Of a DNA stretch of 64,000 bases, positions 47,470-56,823 are shown one piece after another (the first letter of the stretch is position 1; every line of letters begins with the position of its first letter). The notes under the pieces were generated by a model. That model was given only the letters and a program-made list of their open reading frames with translations, did not search any database and was not told the origin of the DNA. This stretch comes from Clostridia bacterium (GTDB lineage Bacteria > Bacillota > Clostridia > Oscillospirales > CAG-272): contig JAFVOQ010000004.1 of the NCBI GenBank assembly GCA_017505785.1, positions 733-64,732 on the forward strand, in the 5' to 3' direction. Made by a program: the position numbers and the translations under genes.

Positions 47470-48948
47470 TTAAAGCAAAATACAGATCAGGCCGTTGCTA
47501 CCCTCGTTGATGATACGCTCCAAGGTTTCGGAGAGCTTACGGCGCGCATCGTCCGGCATGTGTGCCAGCTTGCCGCAAAGGCTATCGCTAACCATTTCAT
47601 AAAGGCTTTTGCCAAACATATTGGAATGCCAAAGCTTTTGGGGATCTGCCTCAAGCTCGGCGAGGATGTTGCGCAAAAACTCCTCGGATTGCTGCTCTGT
47701 GCCAACGATAGGATTGATCTCGGCGGTAATATCCGCGCGTATCATATGGATCGAGCGTGCCGCAGCGCGCAACCGCACACCAAAACCGCCCGACTGCCGC
47801 ACAATGGCCGGTGTTTCAAGGCGCAGATCCTCAAGCTCGGGCATCACGATCCCATAGCCGTCGCACTCCGCCTGCTCAAGTGCCGATGCCACGCGAGCAT
47901 ATTTTTTGCGCACATCGGCAAGCTCTCGCAAAAGCGCGAGAAGCGCACCCTCATCACGAATATCCTCTCCTGTGATCTCGCTGATCATATCGTAATACAG
48001 CGAATGGCAAAGCTCTACATTGATCTCTGCGCGCCCCGTGCCCATATCAAGCTCCGTGACCGTAACACCCTTTACAAAATCGTTTTCTTCAAGCCCTGCA
48101 AACGCCTGTGGCACATCACCCATACGCTTTACCGCACCGCCCGCTTGGCACACTGCCTCCATAACAGACCTGCGCACAGCATTATCCGCATCAAGCGCGC
48201 GCCACCACGAGGGCAGCGTAATACCAACCGACGTCACGGGAAATTCGCCAAGCACAAGCTCCAAAATACCAACAATATCATCAGCACCCAGCGACAGGCA
48301 ATTGACAAGTGCCACGGGCACACCGTATTTCTGCTCGAGCTCGGTTGCAAGAGCTCTTGCCTGCTCACTTGCAGGGTCAGCAGAATTGAGCACCACGGCA
48401 AACGGCTTGCCAAGTGCCTTCATTTCCCCCACAAGGCGCTCCTCGGCCTCAACGTAAGAGGCACGCGAGATCTCGCCTACTGTACCGTCTGAGGTGACAA
48501 GCATACCGATCGTAGCGTGCTCACTCATCACCTTACGCGTGCCAAGCTCTGCCGCTTCCCCAAAGGGCATCGGCTCCTTGGACCACGGTGTATGTACCAT
48601 GCGCGCGCTGCCGTTTTCCTCGCCGCCGAGTGCTTCGGGAATCATAAAGCCTACGCAATCGATCATTTTTACGCACAGAGAAACCCCACCGCCCACCGTG
48701 AGCGAAACGCCCTCGTCGGGCACAAACTTCGGCTCTGTGGTCATTACCGTCATGCCTGCGGCACTTTGCGGCATCTCATCACGGGCACGGTCACGGCTGT
48801 ACGCATCGGTTATATTTGGCAGGACGAGCTCCTGCATAAAGCGCGTGATAAAGGTGGATTTTCCGCTGCGAACGGGACCCACCACACCGATATAAATATC
48901 ACCGCCCGTGCGCTCGGCGATATCCTTATAAATGGAATGCTCTGCCAT
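47470..48948 (-). CDS. spoIVA: Stage IV sporulation protein A
   Basis: MAEHSIYKDIAERTGGDIYIGVVGPVRSGKSTFI... (Walker A); 492 aa from ATG 48948 with a GGAGGAG RBS. That length matches my recollection of Bacillus SpoIVA. Confidence 0.95.
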   Translation of the reverse strand: MAEHSIYKDIAERTGGDIYIGVVGPVRSGKSTFITRFMQELVLPNITDAYSRDRARDEMPQSAAGMTVMTTEPKFVPDEGVSLTVGGGVSLCVKMIDCVGFMIPEALGGEENGSARMVHTPWSKEPMPFGEAAELGTRKVMSEHATIGMLVTSDGTVGEISRASYVEAEERLVGEMKALGKPFAVVLNSADPASEQARALATELEQKYGVPVALVNCLSLGADDIVGILELVLGEFPVTSVGITLPSWWRALDADNAVRRSVMEAVCQAGGAVKRMGDVPQAFAGLEENDFVKGVTVTELDMGTGRAEINVELCHSLYYDMISEITGEDIRDEGALLALLRELADVRKKYARVASALEQAECDGYGIVMPELEDLRLETPAIVRQSGGFGVRLRAAARSIHMIRADITAEINPIVGTEQQSEEFLRNILAELEADPQKLWHSNMFGKSLYEMVSDSLCGKLAHMPDDARRKLSETLERIINEGSNGLICILL

Positions 48949-49056
48949 GTTCTTCTCCTCCGCTTTCTTTCGCGTTCTGATATCGCTATATCGTATGCCG
49001 CGAGAAAAAAGAATATTCCACCCTGCCGCACGGGCAGGGTGGAATATATCCATATG

Positions 49057-50220
49057 TTAATGCTTACCGCGCACAAGGCTTTGGGTGCCCTCCCGCAGTG
49101 CCGCAAGCAAGGCTTGCACGTCCTGTTCGGTATTTTCGGGAGAAAAGCTGATGCGAACGGAGGCCGCCGCCTCATCAGGTGTAAGACCGAAGGCGAGCAA
49201 AACCTTACTGGGTCCTGCGGCGTGCGAGGAGCACGCCGAGCCTGCCGACACCGAGATCCCCTTACCGGAAAGGAAATGCAGCATGGTTTCGCTTTTGATG
49301 TGCGGCAAGGTTATATTTACAATATGGGGAGCAGCCACAGGGGGGCGGTTCACTCTAATTTCGCTTCCCTCAAGCCCTGCCACAAGCTCTGCTGCAAGGT
49401 GTGCCATATGCGGCATGGCAGTGCGCGCAGTGGCGGCACCTGCCGCGGCGGCTGCGGCAAAGCCCGCGATGCCGATCGTGTTCTCAGTGCCCGAGCGAAG
49501 CCCAAACTCCTGCCCACCGCCCAAAAGAAAGGGCGAAAGGCGGCGTTCACGCAGCATACGCTCCGACACATACAGTGCCCCCACGCCCTTGGGACCGTGT
49601 ATTTTATGTGCGCTGACCGTAACGAGATCGGCTCCCATGGCACGTATGTGCAACGGCACCTTCAAAAATCCCTGCACCGCGTCGCAGTGACACACGCACG
49701 CGGGATTTGCTGCCTTGGCTGCGGCAAACACCTCCTCGACGGGATAGCGCGCACCCGTTTCGTTATTCACAAGCATCATGCTGACCATGAAAAGATCGGC
49801 ATTGCAATGGGCGCGCACGGTATCCATATCAAGCACGCCGCCGCGTGTGGCAACGCGCACCACAGAAAAGCCCTCCCTTTCAAGCAAGCGAAGATTGTTT
49901 TCCACACTCGGGTGCTCGCTGTCGGTGGTTAAGACCGTGCGTGCTGTGCGACGCTCCTTGGCATGTGCTGTGCCCAAAAGAGCAAGCGCGTTTGCCTCGG
50001 TGCCGCACGAGGTAAAAATAAGCTGTCCGTCCTTTAAAAATCGCTCACCAAGTGCCTCGCCCACCGCCACACGCGATTCGCGCAAAAGCCTTGCGGCAGC
50101 GGCACCGAGCGAATGAAGCGAGGATGGATTGCCGAAGTGCTCCATAGCCTCACACATTGCCTCCCTCGCCTCACGGCAAAGACTGGTGGTGGCACTGTTA
50201 TCCAAATAGATCTGTTGCAT
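49057..50220 (-). CDS. nifS: Cysteine desulfurase (NifS/IscS family, class V aminotransferase)
   Basis: MQQIYLDNSATT..., SAHKIHGPKG (PLP lysine) and SAGSACSS (active-site Cys). Confidence 0.9.
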   Translation of the reverse strand: MQQIYLDNSATTSLCREAREAMCEAMEHFGNPSSLHSLGAAAARLLRESRVAVGEALGERFLKDGQLIFTSCGTEANALALLGTAHAKERRTARTVLTTDSEHPSVENNLRLLEREGFSVVRVATRGGVLDMDTVRAHCNADLFMVSMMLVNNETGARYPVEEVFAAAKAANPACVCHCDAVQGFLKVPLHIRAMGADLVTVSAHKIHGPKGVGALYVSERMLRERRLSPFLLGGGQEFGLRSGTENTIGIAGFAAAAAAGAATARTAMPHMAHLAAELVAGLEGSEIRVNRPPVAAPHIVNITLPHIKSETMLHFLSGKGISVSAGSACSSHAAGPSKVLLAFGLTPDEAAASVRISFSPENTEQDVQALLAALREGTQSLVRGKH

Positions 50221-50221
50221 A

Positions 50222-50743
50222 TTATTTAAAGGTGAAGCTGGAAACGATGCTATCCACCTCAGCAGCATATGTATCATACGCCGTGGAAATAGCGGTATAG
50301 GTCAAAACATAAACATTGAAATCGTATACGGCGATCACCTGCTGGCATTGATAGAGCGTATCGCCAAAGATGTAGGAAAACCTATATTTCTTTGCATCCT
50401 TACCGCCAAGGGTAGCGTCAGAGCCGTCCTCAATCAGTGTAAAGCTCGAAAACACCATTGTGTGCTCGGGCATACAATACTCGCTCCAATACGAAGCGGG
50501 GGTAACCTCGCTTTCGGGATAATGTACGGTTACGATCACGTTTGGTGCATGATCCTCGGGCGTTGCCTTTGCCCCCGAAATGTTATACGACGAGGGAACC
50601 CACGACTCAGGCACGTACAGATTATATTTGGCACTCTCAAGTGCAACATTTTGCATGCCGTCAGGCGTTGGGTCCGTGTTGGCACAGCCCACAGCCGACA
50701 CAAGGCATGCGACAAGCAACAAAACAGTAAGTATTTTTTTCAT
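50222..50743 (-). CDS. Lipoprotein of unknown function
   Basis: MKKILTVLLLVACLVSAVGC has a lipobox (AVGC); 173 aa. Confidence 0.7.
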   Translation of the reverse strand: MKKILTVLLLVACLVSAVGCANTDPTPDGMQNVALESAKYNLYVPESWVPSSYNISGAKATPEDHAPNVIVTVHYPESEVTPASYWSEYCMPEHTMVFSSFTLIEDGSDATLGGKDAKKYRFSYIFGDTLYQCQQVIAVYDFNVYVLTYTAISTAYDTYAAEVDSIVSSFTFK

Positions 50744-50757
50744 GATCTTTCCCTCTC

Positions 50758-52023
50758 TTATTTGTTTTTTTCACGAAGCATTTCAGCAGCCGCGGATAAA
50801 ATACCGATCCTGCCGCTTTCAAAGGTAAGCCCACCCTGCAAAAATGCGGTAAAGGGGGGCTTTATAGGTCCATCGGCAGACAGCTCAATAGAAGCACCCT
50901 GCACAAATGCGCCAGCCGCCATGATCACCTCATCCTGATAGCCCGGCATCGCCCACGGCTCGGGCGTGACGTAGGCATCAACGGGCGAGCCTGCCTGTAT
51001 ACCGCGACACAGCGCACAAAGCCCCTCACGGCTGCCCGTGATAACGGTTTGAATAATATCGGCACGGGGCTCCTGCCACGAGGGCTCGACCTCATATCCC
51101 AATGCCTCAAATATGTAGGCGGCAAAATGTGCGGTCTTCAGTGCCTCCATGACGGTGTGCGGCGCGTAAAAAAGTCCGCGGTACATATTTTTATTCTGTC
51201 CCAGCGTCGCACCCACCTCAAGCCCGATACCGGGGCAGGTGAGGCGGTAAGAGGCAAGCTCTACCGCACGGGCGGTGCCTGCAAGATAGCCGCCCGTTTC
51301 TGCCATGCCGCCGCCGGGGTTTTTGATCAGTGAGCCAACAGTCAGATCCACGCCCACAGCAGGCGGCTCTTTTTCCTCGGTAAACTCACCGTAGCAGTTA
51401 TCCACCATAACGAAGATATCCTCACGCACCGCCTTGATCGCACGCACCGCCTCACCAATCTCATCCACAGTCAGCGTGCGGCGGTTAAGATACCCCTTGG
51501 AGCGCTGAATAAAGCAGACCTTCACACGTGCGCCCTCGGCCCCCCGCAGGAACGCGGTAATGGCATCAAGATCCAGCGTTTTGCTATCCTTCAATTCGAT
51601 CTGCCGATAGCAGACGCCGAAATCGGCAAGCGAGCCGTTGCCGGCATCACCCTCAATACCAATGACCTCACCAAGGGTATCGTAGGGCTTACCCGCCACC
51701 GAAAGCAGGATGTCCCCGGGACGCAAAAGCCCGAAAAGACCGATTGCGAGTGCCTGTGTGCCGTTTGCAATGCTGTGGCGCACAAACGCCGCCTCAGCAC
51801 CCATGACATCGGCAAAAATGCGGTCAAGCACTTCCCTGCCGCGGTCGTCATAGCCATAGCCGCTGCTGCCGTTAAAGCAGGCGGCATCGACATGGTGCGC
51901 GGCAAACGCCTCCATGACACGCGCGGTATTATGATGCGATATCCTTGAAAGTCTTAAAAATTGCGGCGCAAGAGCCGCTTCTGCCTGATCGGCAAGCTCT
52001 AACAGGAAGGGGGAAAATTTCAT
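50758..52023 (-). CDS. Methionine gamma-lyase family protein (YnbB / aluminium-resistance-protein family), PLP-dependent
   Basis: 421 aa. FNGSSGYGYDDRGREVLDRIFADVMGAEAAFVR and SLIKNPGGG are typical of this family. Confidence 0.82.
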   Translation of the reverse strand: MKFSPFLLELADQAEAALAPQFLRLSRISHHNTARVMEAFAAHHVDAACFNGSSGYGYDDRGREVLDRIFADVMGAEAAFVRHSIANGTQALAIGLFGLLRPGDILLSVAGKPYDTLGEVIGIEGDAGNGSLADFGVCYRQIELKDSKTLDLDAITAFLRGAEGARVKVCFIQRSKGYLNRRTLTVDEIGEAVRAIKAVREDIFVMVDNCYGEFTEEKEPPAVGVDLTVGSLIKNPGGGMAETGGYLAGTARAVELASYRLTCPGIGLEVGATLGQNKNMYRGLFYAPHTVMEALKTAHFAAYIFEALGYEVEPSWQEPRADIIQTVITGSREGLCALCRGIQAGSPVDAYVTPEPWAMPGYQDEVIMAAGAFVQGASIELSADGPIKPPFTAFLQGGLTFESGRIGILSAAAEMLREKNK

Positions 52024-53024
52024 TTCAATTCACCTCCGAGGTAAGCAACGCCAAGCTGAACCGCCGCCTTGACATCTCCCATATCAAGCATTTCCACACC
52101 TGTATGGATATAGCGGCAGGGCAAGGAAAGCGCACCCGCACGGCAACCAAGCCCCGTCATTTGCACAGCAGAGGTATCCGTGCCCCCAAAGGTAAGGATC
52201 TCGCATTGCGCCATGATCCCCTTTTCCTTGGCAAGCGACAGCAGCTCATCAACCAGTGCCGCATCGCAAATAACCGATTTATCCTTGATCTTCACGGCAA
52301 CACCGCCGCCAAGCTTTACTGCCATGGCAGGCGCAGAAAGTGCATCGCCCGTGGCGGTCACATCAAAAATAAGTGCGATATCGGGTGCAATGCCAAAGGC
52401 GGCAGGGCGTGCACCGCGACAGCCGACCTCCTCCTGCACCGAAAAGACATAATAAATATCGTCCGCGGGGGCGTTCATACGGCGTGCGATCTCGATCATG
52501 ACGGCACACCCCACACGGTCATCAAGCGGACGGCCGCATACGCGGTTGTCCATGAGTCGCACAAGGCTTGCGCAAAGCGCACAGCAATCGCCGATCTTAA
52601 GCTTTTTCTCTGCCTCACGGCGGCTTTTTGCGCCAATATCCACATAGCACTTATCCCATTTGGGTGCTTCGTCCTTTTTGACGTCACCCTCGGGCACCAG
52701 CACACCGCGCATGCCGTTTTCAAACACGACCACAGATCCCGCCGCAGCCGTATAATCGATGCCGCCTATGGGTGCTACGCGCAAATAACCGTTATCCTCA
52801 ATAAAATTAACGATAAAGCCGATCTCATCCATGTGTGCGGCAAGCAGTATCTTGCGAGGTGCTTGCGCGTTGCCCTTTTTAAGACAGATGAGATTTCCCA
52901 TTGGGTCGGTGTGCATCTCATCGCAAAGAGAAGCCATAAGATCCTTGATGATATCCCGAATGCTCTGCTCACGTCCCGAAACCGAAGGGGTGGAGGGGAG
53001 CAGCTTTTTTAAGGTTTGATACAT
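52020..53024 (-). CDS. M42 family metallopeptidase (paralog 1)
   Basis: SVSGREQSIRD, AHMDEIGF and LDDRVGC motifs. ATG 53024 has an AAAGGGA RBS. Confidence 0.88.
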   Translation of the reverse strand: MYQTLKKLLPSTPSVSGREQSIRDIIKDLMASLCDEMHTDPMGNLICLKKGNAQAPRKILLAAHMDEIGFIVNFIEDNGYLRVAPIGGIDYTAAAGSVVVFENGMRGVLVPEGDVKKDEAPKWDKCYVDIGAKSRREAEKKLKIGDCCALCASLVRLMDNRVCGRPLDDRVGCAVMIEIARRMNAPADDIYYVFSVQEEVGCRGARPAAFGIAPDIALIFDVTATGDALSAPAMAVKLGGGVAVKIKDKSVICDAALVDELLSLAKEKGIMAQCEILTFGGTDTSAVQMTGLGCRAGALSLPCRYIHTGVEMLDMGDVKAAVQLGVAYLGGELK

Positions 53025-53037
53025 AAAATTCCCTTTC

Positions 53038-54081
53038 TTACGCATTTTCAAGCATTGCCGTAAGCAGTGCTGTCATTGCCTCAATATCACTGTATTTTGC
53101 CACCGTAACGGGTGCATGCAAATAACGTGTGGGGGCGGAGAGCGCAAGGCAACGCACGCCAACGCCCGACTGGTGAATATGCTTGGCATCGTTGCCGCCC
53201 GATACATAACGCTTTACCTGCACGGGGATATTCTTCTCCCCTGCAATATGCAGTGCTCGGTCGATAAGCGCACGGTCATAGATCGTGCCTTTATCCAGCA
53301 ACGAGAGCACCCCGCCCGCACCAATATCTGCCACACGGCGTGCGGCGGGCACATCGGGCAGATCTGCCATTGCAGTGGTTTCAATGACAAATGCCACGTC
53401 GGGTGACACGCGATTTGCCACCACGGCAGCACCCGAAATACCAAGCTCCTCTCGCACGGTGAAGGCAAACCACAGATCAAGCGGCAGGTGTTTGTCCGAA
53501 ACGGCGCGCAGCACTTCGATCAGCACGGCGCAGCCAACGCGGTCGTCAAGTGCCTTGCCGGAAAGGAACGCCTTGTCCTTGCCAAAGGGCAGGAAGGGTG
53601 TGTCAAAGGTGCCAAAATCGCCAAGCGACACGTAGTGCTCCGCCTCCTCGCGACTGCTAACACCGATGTCGATATACATATCCTTGAGCTGCGGCATTTT
53701 ACTGCGCTCCTCAGCGGTTTGAAAATGAATACCCTTTTGCGAGATCACACCCAACGCACGCTTCGTTTCATTGCCAAGCGTGACGGGTCTGCCAACCAGC
53801 ACACGGGGGTCAATGCCGCCAAGCGTGGCAAAGCGAAGAAAGCCGTTTGACTCGATCTCTGTGATCATAAAGCCGACCTCGTCCATGTGCGCCGAAAGCA
53901 GCACGCGCGGTGCCCCCACGGGGCCGGGCAAATGTGCTGTAAGATTGCCCATACGGTCCGTCATCAGCTCCGCAGGTACACCCGCAAGCTCGGCGCGGAT
54001 CAGTCCTTCCACCTCGCCCTCGCACCCCGAGGGCCCAAAGGCAAGCGCAAGCTTTTCGATCAGTTTTACACCGCTTGTCAT
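53038..54081 (-). CDS. M42 family metallopeptidase (paralog 2)
   Basis: GPSGCEGEV, SAHMDEVGFMI and LDDRVGCAVL motifs. Confidence 0.88.
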   Translation of the reverse strand: MTSGVKLIEKLALAFGPSGCEGEVEGLIRAELAGVPAELMTDRMGNLTAHLPGPVGAPRVLLSAHMDEVGFMITEIESNGFLRFATLGGIDPRVLVGRPVTLGNETKRALGVISQKGIHFQTAEERSKMPQLKDMYIDIGVSSREEAEHYVSLGDFGTFDTPFLPFGKDKAFLSGKALDDRVGCAVLIEVLRAVSDKHLPLDLWFAFTVREELGISGAAVVANRVSPDVAFVIETTAMADLPDVPAARRVADIGAGGVLSLLDKGTIYDRALIDRALHIAGEKNIPVQVKRYVSGGNDAKHIHQSGVGVRCLALSAPTRYLHAPVTVAKYSDIEAMTALLTAMLENA

Positions 54082-55115
54082 ACCGCAAACACCTCCGCGA
54101 TCTCTTTGTCGGTCACAAATGCCTCTACCAACCTTTTGAGCGCATCGGCGTCCCTCATATCCAAAACCTCTTGGTACGTGTGCATGGCGGTAAGGGGCAG
54201 CCCCACATCTACCACCGAAATGCCTGCCCCAACCAAATGCAGTGCCTCGGTGTTCGTGCCCGTGCTCTTTGGCTCAACAGCGATCTGCCACGGGATATTT
54301 TCCCTAGTAGCAAGTGCCTCGGTCATCGCCGTTAGGCGACGGTCAACAATAGCACTGCGTGCAACAGAGGGGCCCTTGCCCATTTCCACGCAATCGCGGC
54401 GCTCAGCACCACTCATATATCCAAGGTTGACATCGATCACCATGGCATAATCCGGCATAAGGGCAAAGCCGCCAACGGCAGTGCCACCGATGTGATCGGT
54501 TTCCTCATGTACCGAAAGTAACAAATAGACATCGCCCGCAAGCTGCGAGGCAGGGATCTCCAGCAGTGCCGCCGCGGCAATGGCAGCGCATGCCTTATTA
54601 TCAAGCCCCTTACCCGTGAGTCTGCCGCCCGCAAGCGTGCGATACATGGGATAAAAACCAACGGGGGTGCCGATACGCACCAATTCGCGCAGCTCCTCGG
54701 TGGGGTAACCCGTGTCGATCAAAAGCTCCTCTGTGCGGGGCAGCTTTTTTTCATCACCCGACAAATGCGGGGGCGTTGAGGATACAACGGCATCGATCAC
54801 CTCTTTGCCGTACACGCGCACGCGTGCGGAGGAAAGCGTGCGTACATCAAGGCCGCCCACCGAGGTTACCGTAAGGAATCCGCCCTCCTTTATATCGGTT
54901 ACCAGCATGCCGATCTCATCAAAATGCGTATCAATGAGAATTTTCGGCGCATTTTTCTTGCCCGACCGACGGACAAACACATGATTACCGACAGTATCGG
55001 TGTAGCTCTCGTCAAAGCCCTGCATCAAAGCAAGGAGCCGATCTCTGTCATAGCTTTCGTAGCCCGTGATGCTCATCAGATCCGCAAGGGCACAAATGAA
55101 TTGCTTCAGTTCCAA
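54078..55115 (-). CDS. M42 family metallopeptidase (paralog 3)
   Basis: SITGYES, THFDEIGMLV and LDNKACAA motifs. I prefer TTG 55115, which has AAAGGA 9 nt upstream, over the ORF-track start at 55184. The extension would run through the minihelix repeat at 55133-55170. Confidence 0.8.
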   Translation of the reverse strand: MELKQFICALADLMSITGYESYDRDRLLALMQGFDESYTDTVGNHVFVRRSGKKNAPKILIDTHFDEIGMLVTDIKEGGFLTVTSVGGLDVRTLSSARVRVYGKEVIDAVVSSTPPHLSGDEKKLPRTEELLIDTGYPTEELRELVRIGTPVGFYPMYRTLAGGRLTGKGLDNKACAAIAAAALLEIPASQLAGDVYLLLSVHEETDHIGGTAVGGFALMPDYAMVIDVNLGYMSGAERRDCVEMGKGPSVARSAIVDRRLTAMTEALATRENIPWQIAVEPKSTGTNTEALHLVGAGISVVDVGLPLTAMHTYQEVLDMRDADALKRLVEAFVTDKEIAEVFAV

Positions 55116-55132
55116 AATTTTATATCCTTTCT

Positions 55133-55170
55133 TAGCCGCACGGGAGTCGAACCCATAAGCCCTGCGGCTA
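55133..55170 (-). repeat. 38-nt tRNA acceptor/T-arm minihelix-like element
   Basis: The minus strand reads TAGCCGC AGGGCTT ATGGG TTCGACT CCCGT GCGGCTA. That gives a 7-bp acceptor-like stem, a 5-bp stem and a TTCGACT T-loop-like heptaloop. It is nearly identical to 33395-33430. Confidence 0.85.
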
Positions 55171-55246
55171 GGCACAACCGACAAGTCCGAACACGATTTT
55201 GCCGGACAAATTTAGGTCGTTGCCACGTTAAAATACTCGTGAAACC

Positions 55247-56620
55247 CTAGGCAAGCCCCTCTACCAACCGGCAAAAGGCCTCGCCTCTTTCTTCAAAGTC
55301 ACGAAATTCACCAAACGCGGTACACGCCGGTGAAAGTAAAACGGTATCACCCTCATCGGCAGCATCGGCAGCCGCAAAAAAGGCATCGGCAAAGCGAGAG
55401 AATACCCAGTGTGGAAGCTTGGGATCCAGCACCGCAGCGATCTCTGCCGCTGCCTCACCGTAAAGATAAACAGCCTTGGCGTGTGCCGCAAGTGCCGTTG
55501 CCAAGGGGGCAAACGATATCCCCTTTCCCCTACCGCCCACAATCACCAAGGGGTGCGCGTCAAGCGCGGCAAGTGCCGCGGCAGTTCTGGTGGGCGAGGT
55601 ATCAATGGAGCTGTTATAATAGGTTACCCCACGCACCGTATCAACATACTGCAGGCGATGCGCGACGCCGCGAAAATCCCGCAGTGCCGCTTGCGGCGCA
55701 GCGTCGTCAAGAAACGGTGCTGTCGCACCAATGGCGGCAAGCAGGTTTTCAAGATTGTGCACGCCAGGCAAGCGAAAGGAGGAAAGACAGGAAAACGCGC
55801 GCTGCGCGCCTCTTTCCGCCACGATAATATCATTCTCGGATGTATACACCGCACCGCTGCCAGCAACAATATCGTTGGCAAATTCAGCCCCCTTTGCCAA
55901 CGACGAAAAAAAGATCGCATTTCCGGCTCTTCTCTGTCCGATCTCGCGCGTGAGCGCGTTTTCGCCATTTAGCACAAGGCGCGTATCGGCGGCAAAAATG
56001 CGGCACTTCGCCGCCCTGTATTCCGTCATATCGGTATGCCAGTTGAGGTGATTGGGGGTGATATTGGTGATCACCGCCACCTCTGGCGCACGGCGCGCCG
56101 TCATAAGCTGAAAGCTGGAAAGCTCCAAGACGGCAATATCGCTTGCATGTATTTGCGATACCGCAGGTAAAAGGGGCGTGCCGTTGTTACCGCCAAGCCA
56201 CACGCGGTGTCCCGCCGCACCGAGCAGGGCGGCTGTAAGATTTGCCGTGGTGGTCTTTCCGTCACTGCCCGTAATGCCAATGCACCTGCAGGGGAGCTGT
56301 GCCATCAACAGCTCAACCTCGCTCAAAAGCAGCGCACCTGCCGCAACAGAATGCAAAATCGCAGGGATATCGGGGCGAATACCGGGAGAGCGTATCAGCG
56401 CCTGCTCCCCAAACACTGTTGGGAAAGCCCCCACGTGAAAGGCAATGCCCAACCCCGCACAGCTCGCTTCCACATCAGAGGGCAAGGGTGCCTCGGTATA
56501 TACCGTGGCGGTGGCACCTCTTTCCCTCAGCCACGCCAGCACCGCGCGATTGGCGCGCCCAAAGCCAAGCAGTGCCACAGAAAAATGTGAGGGGGTCTTA
56601 CAAAATGCTTCAAGAGTCAT
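55247..56620 (-). CDS. murD: UDP-N-acetylmuramoylalanine--D-glutamate ligase
   Basis: 457 aa with the GITGSDGKTTT (P-loop) and NITPNHLNWH motifs. Confidence 0.94.
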   Translation of the reverse strand: MTLEAFCKTPSHFSVALLGFGRANRAVLAWLRERGATATVYTEAPLPSDVEASCAGLGIAFHVGAFPTVFGEQALIRSPGIRPDIPAILHSVAAGALLLSEVELLMAQLPCRCIGITGSDGKTTTANLTAALLGAAGHRVWLGGNNGTPLLPAVSQIHASDIAVLELSSFQLMTARRAPEVAVITNITPNHLNWHTDMTEYRAAKCRIFAADTRLVLNGENALTREIGQRRAGNAIFFSSLAKGAEFANDIVAGSGAVYTSENDIIVAERGAQRAFSCLSSFRLPGVHNLENLLAAIGATAPFLDDAAPQAALRDFRGVAHRLQYVDTVRGVTYYNSSIDTSPTRTAAALAALDAHPLVIVGGRGKGISFAPLATALAAHAKAVYLYGEAAAEIAAVLDPKLPHWVFSRFADAFFAAADAADEGDTVLLSPACTAFGEFRDFEERGEAFCRLVEGLA

Positions 56621-56741
56621 CGGATCACCTCATTATAATATAAAATAGGCGTATCCATAGTATATTATACAGATTTGCCCACCCGCGTGCAAGGGGTAGC
56701 GGTGTTTTTTTGGTGAATATTTAAAAAAATCTTGGTGACAC

Positions 56742-56770
56742 TTTACAAAATCCACAAGATATGGTACAAT
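56742..56770 (+). promoter_or_regulatory. Promoter (TTTACA-17-TACAAT with TGn extension)
   Basis: TTTACA at 56742-56747, a counted 17-nt spacer ending in TGG, and TACAAT at 56765-56770. Confidence 0.55.
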
Positions 56771-56823
56771 GTGAAAGATAAGAACACTATCCCTTGTAAA
56801 AAGCAGAGAAAAAGGAGCATGTA

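Noticed and set aside
55116-55184. N-terminal extension of the third M42 peptidase (MSVVPSRRAYGFDSRAAKKGYKI).
   Set aside because: The extension is the translation of the minihelix repeat. A TTG start with AAAGGA 9 nt upstream gives a normal M42 N-terminus. This remains uncertain.
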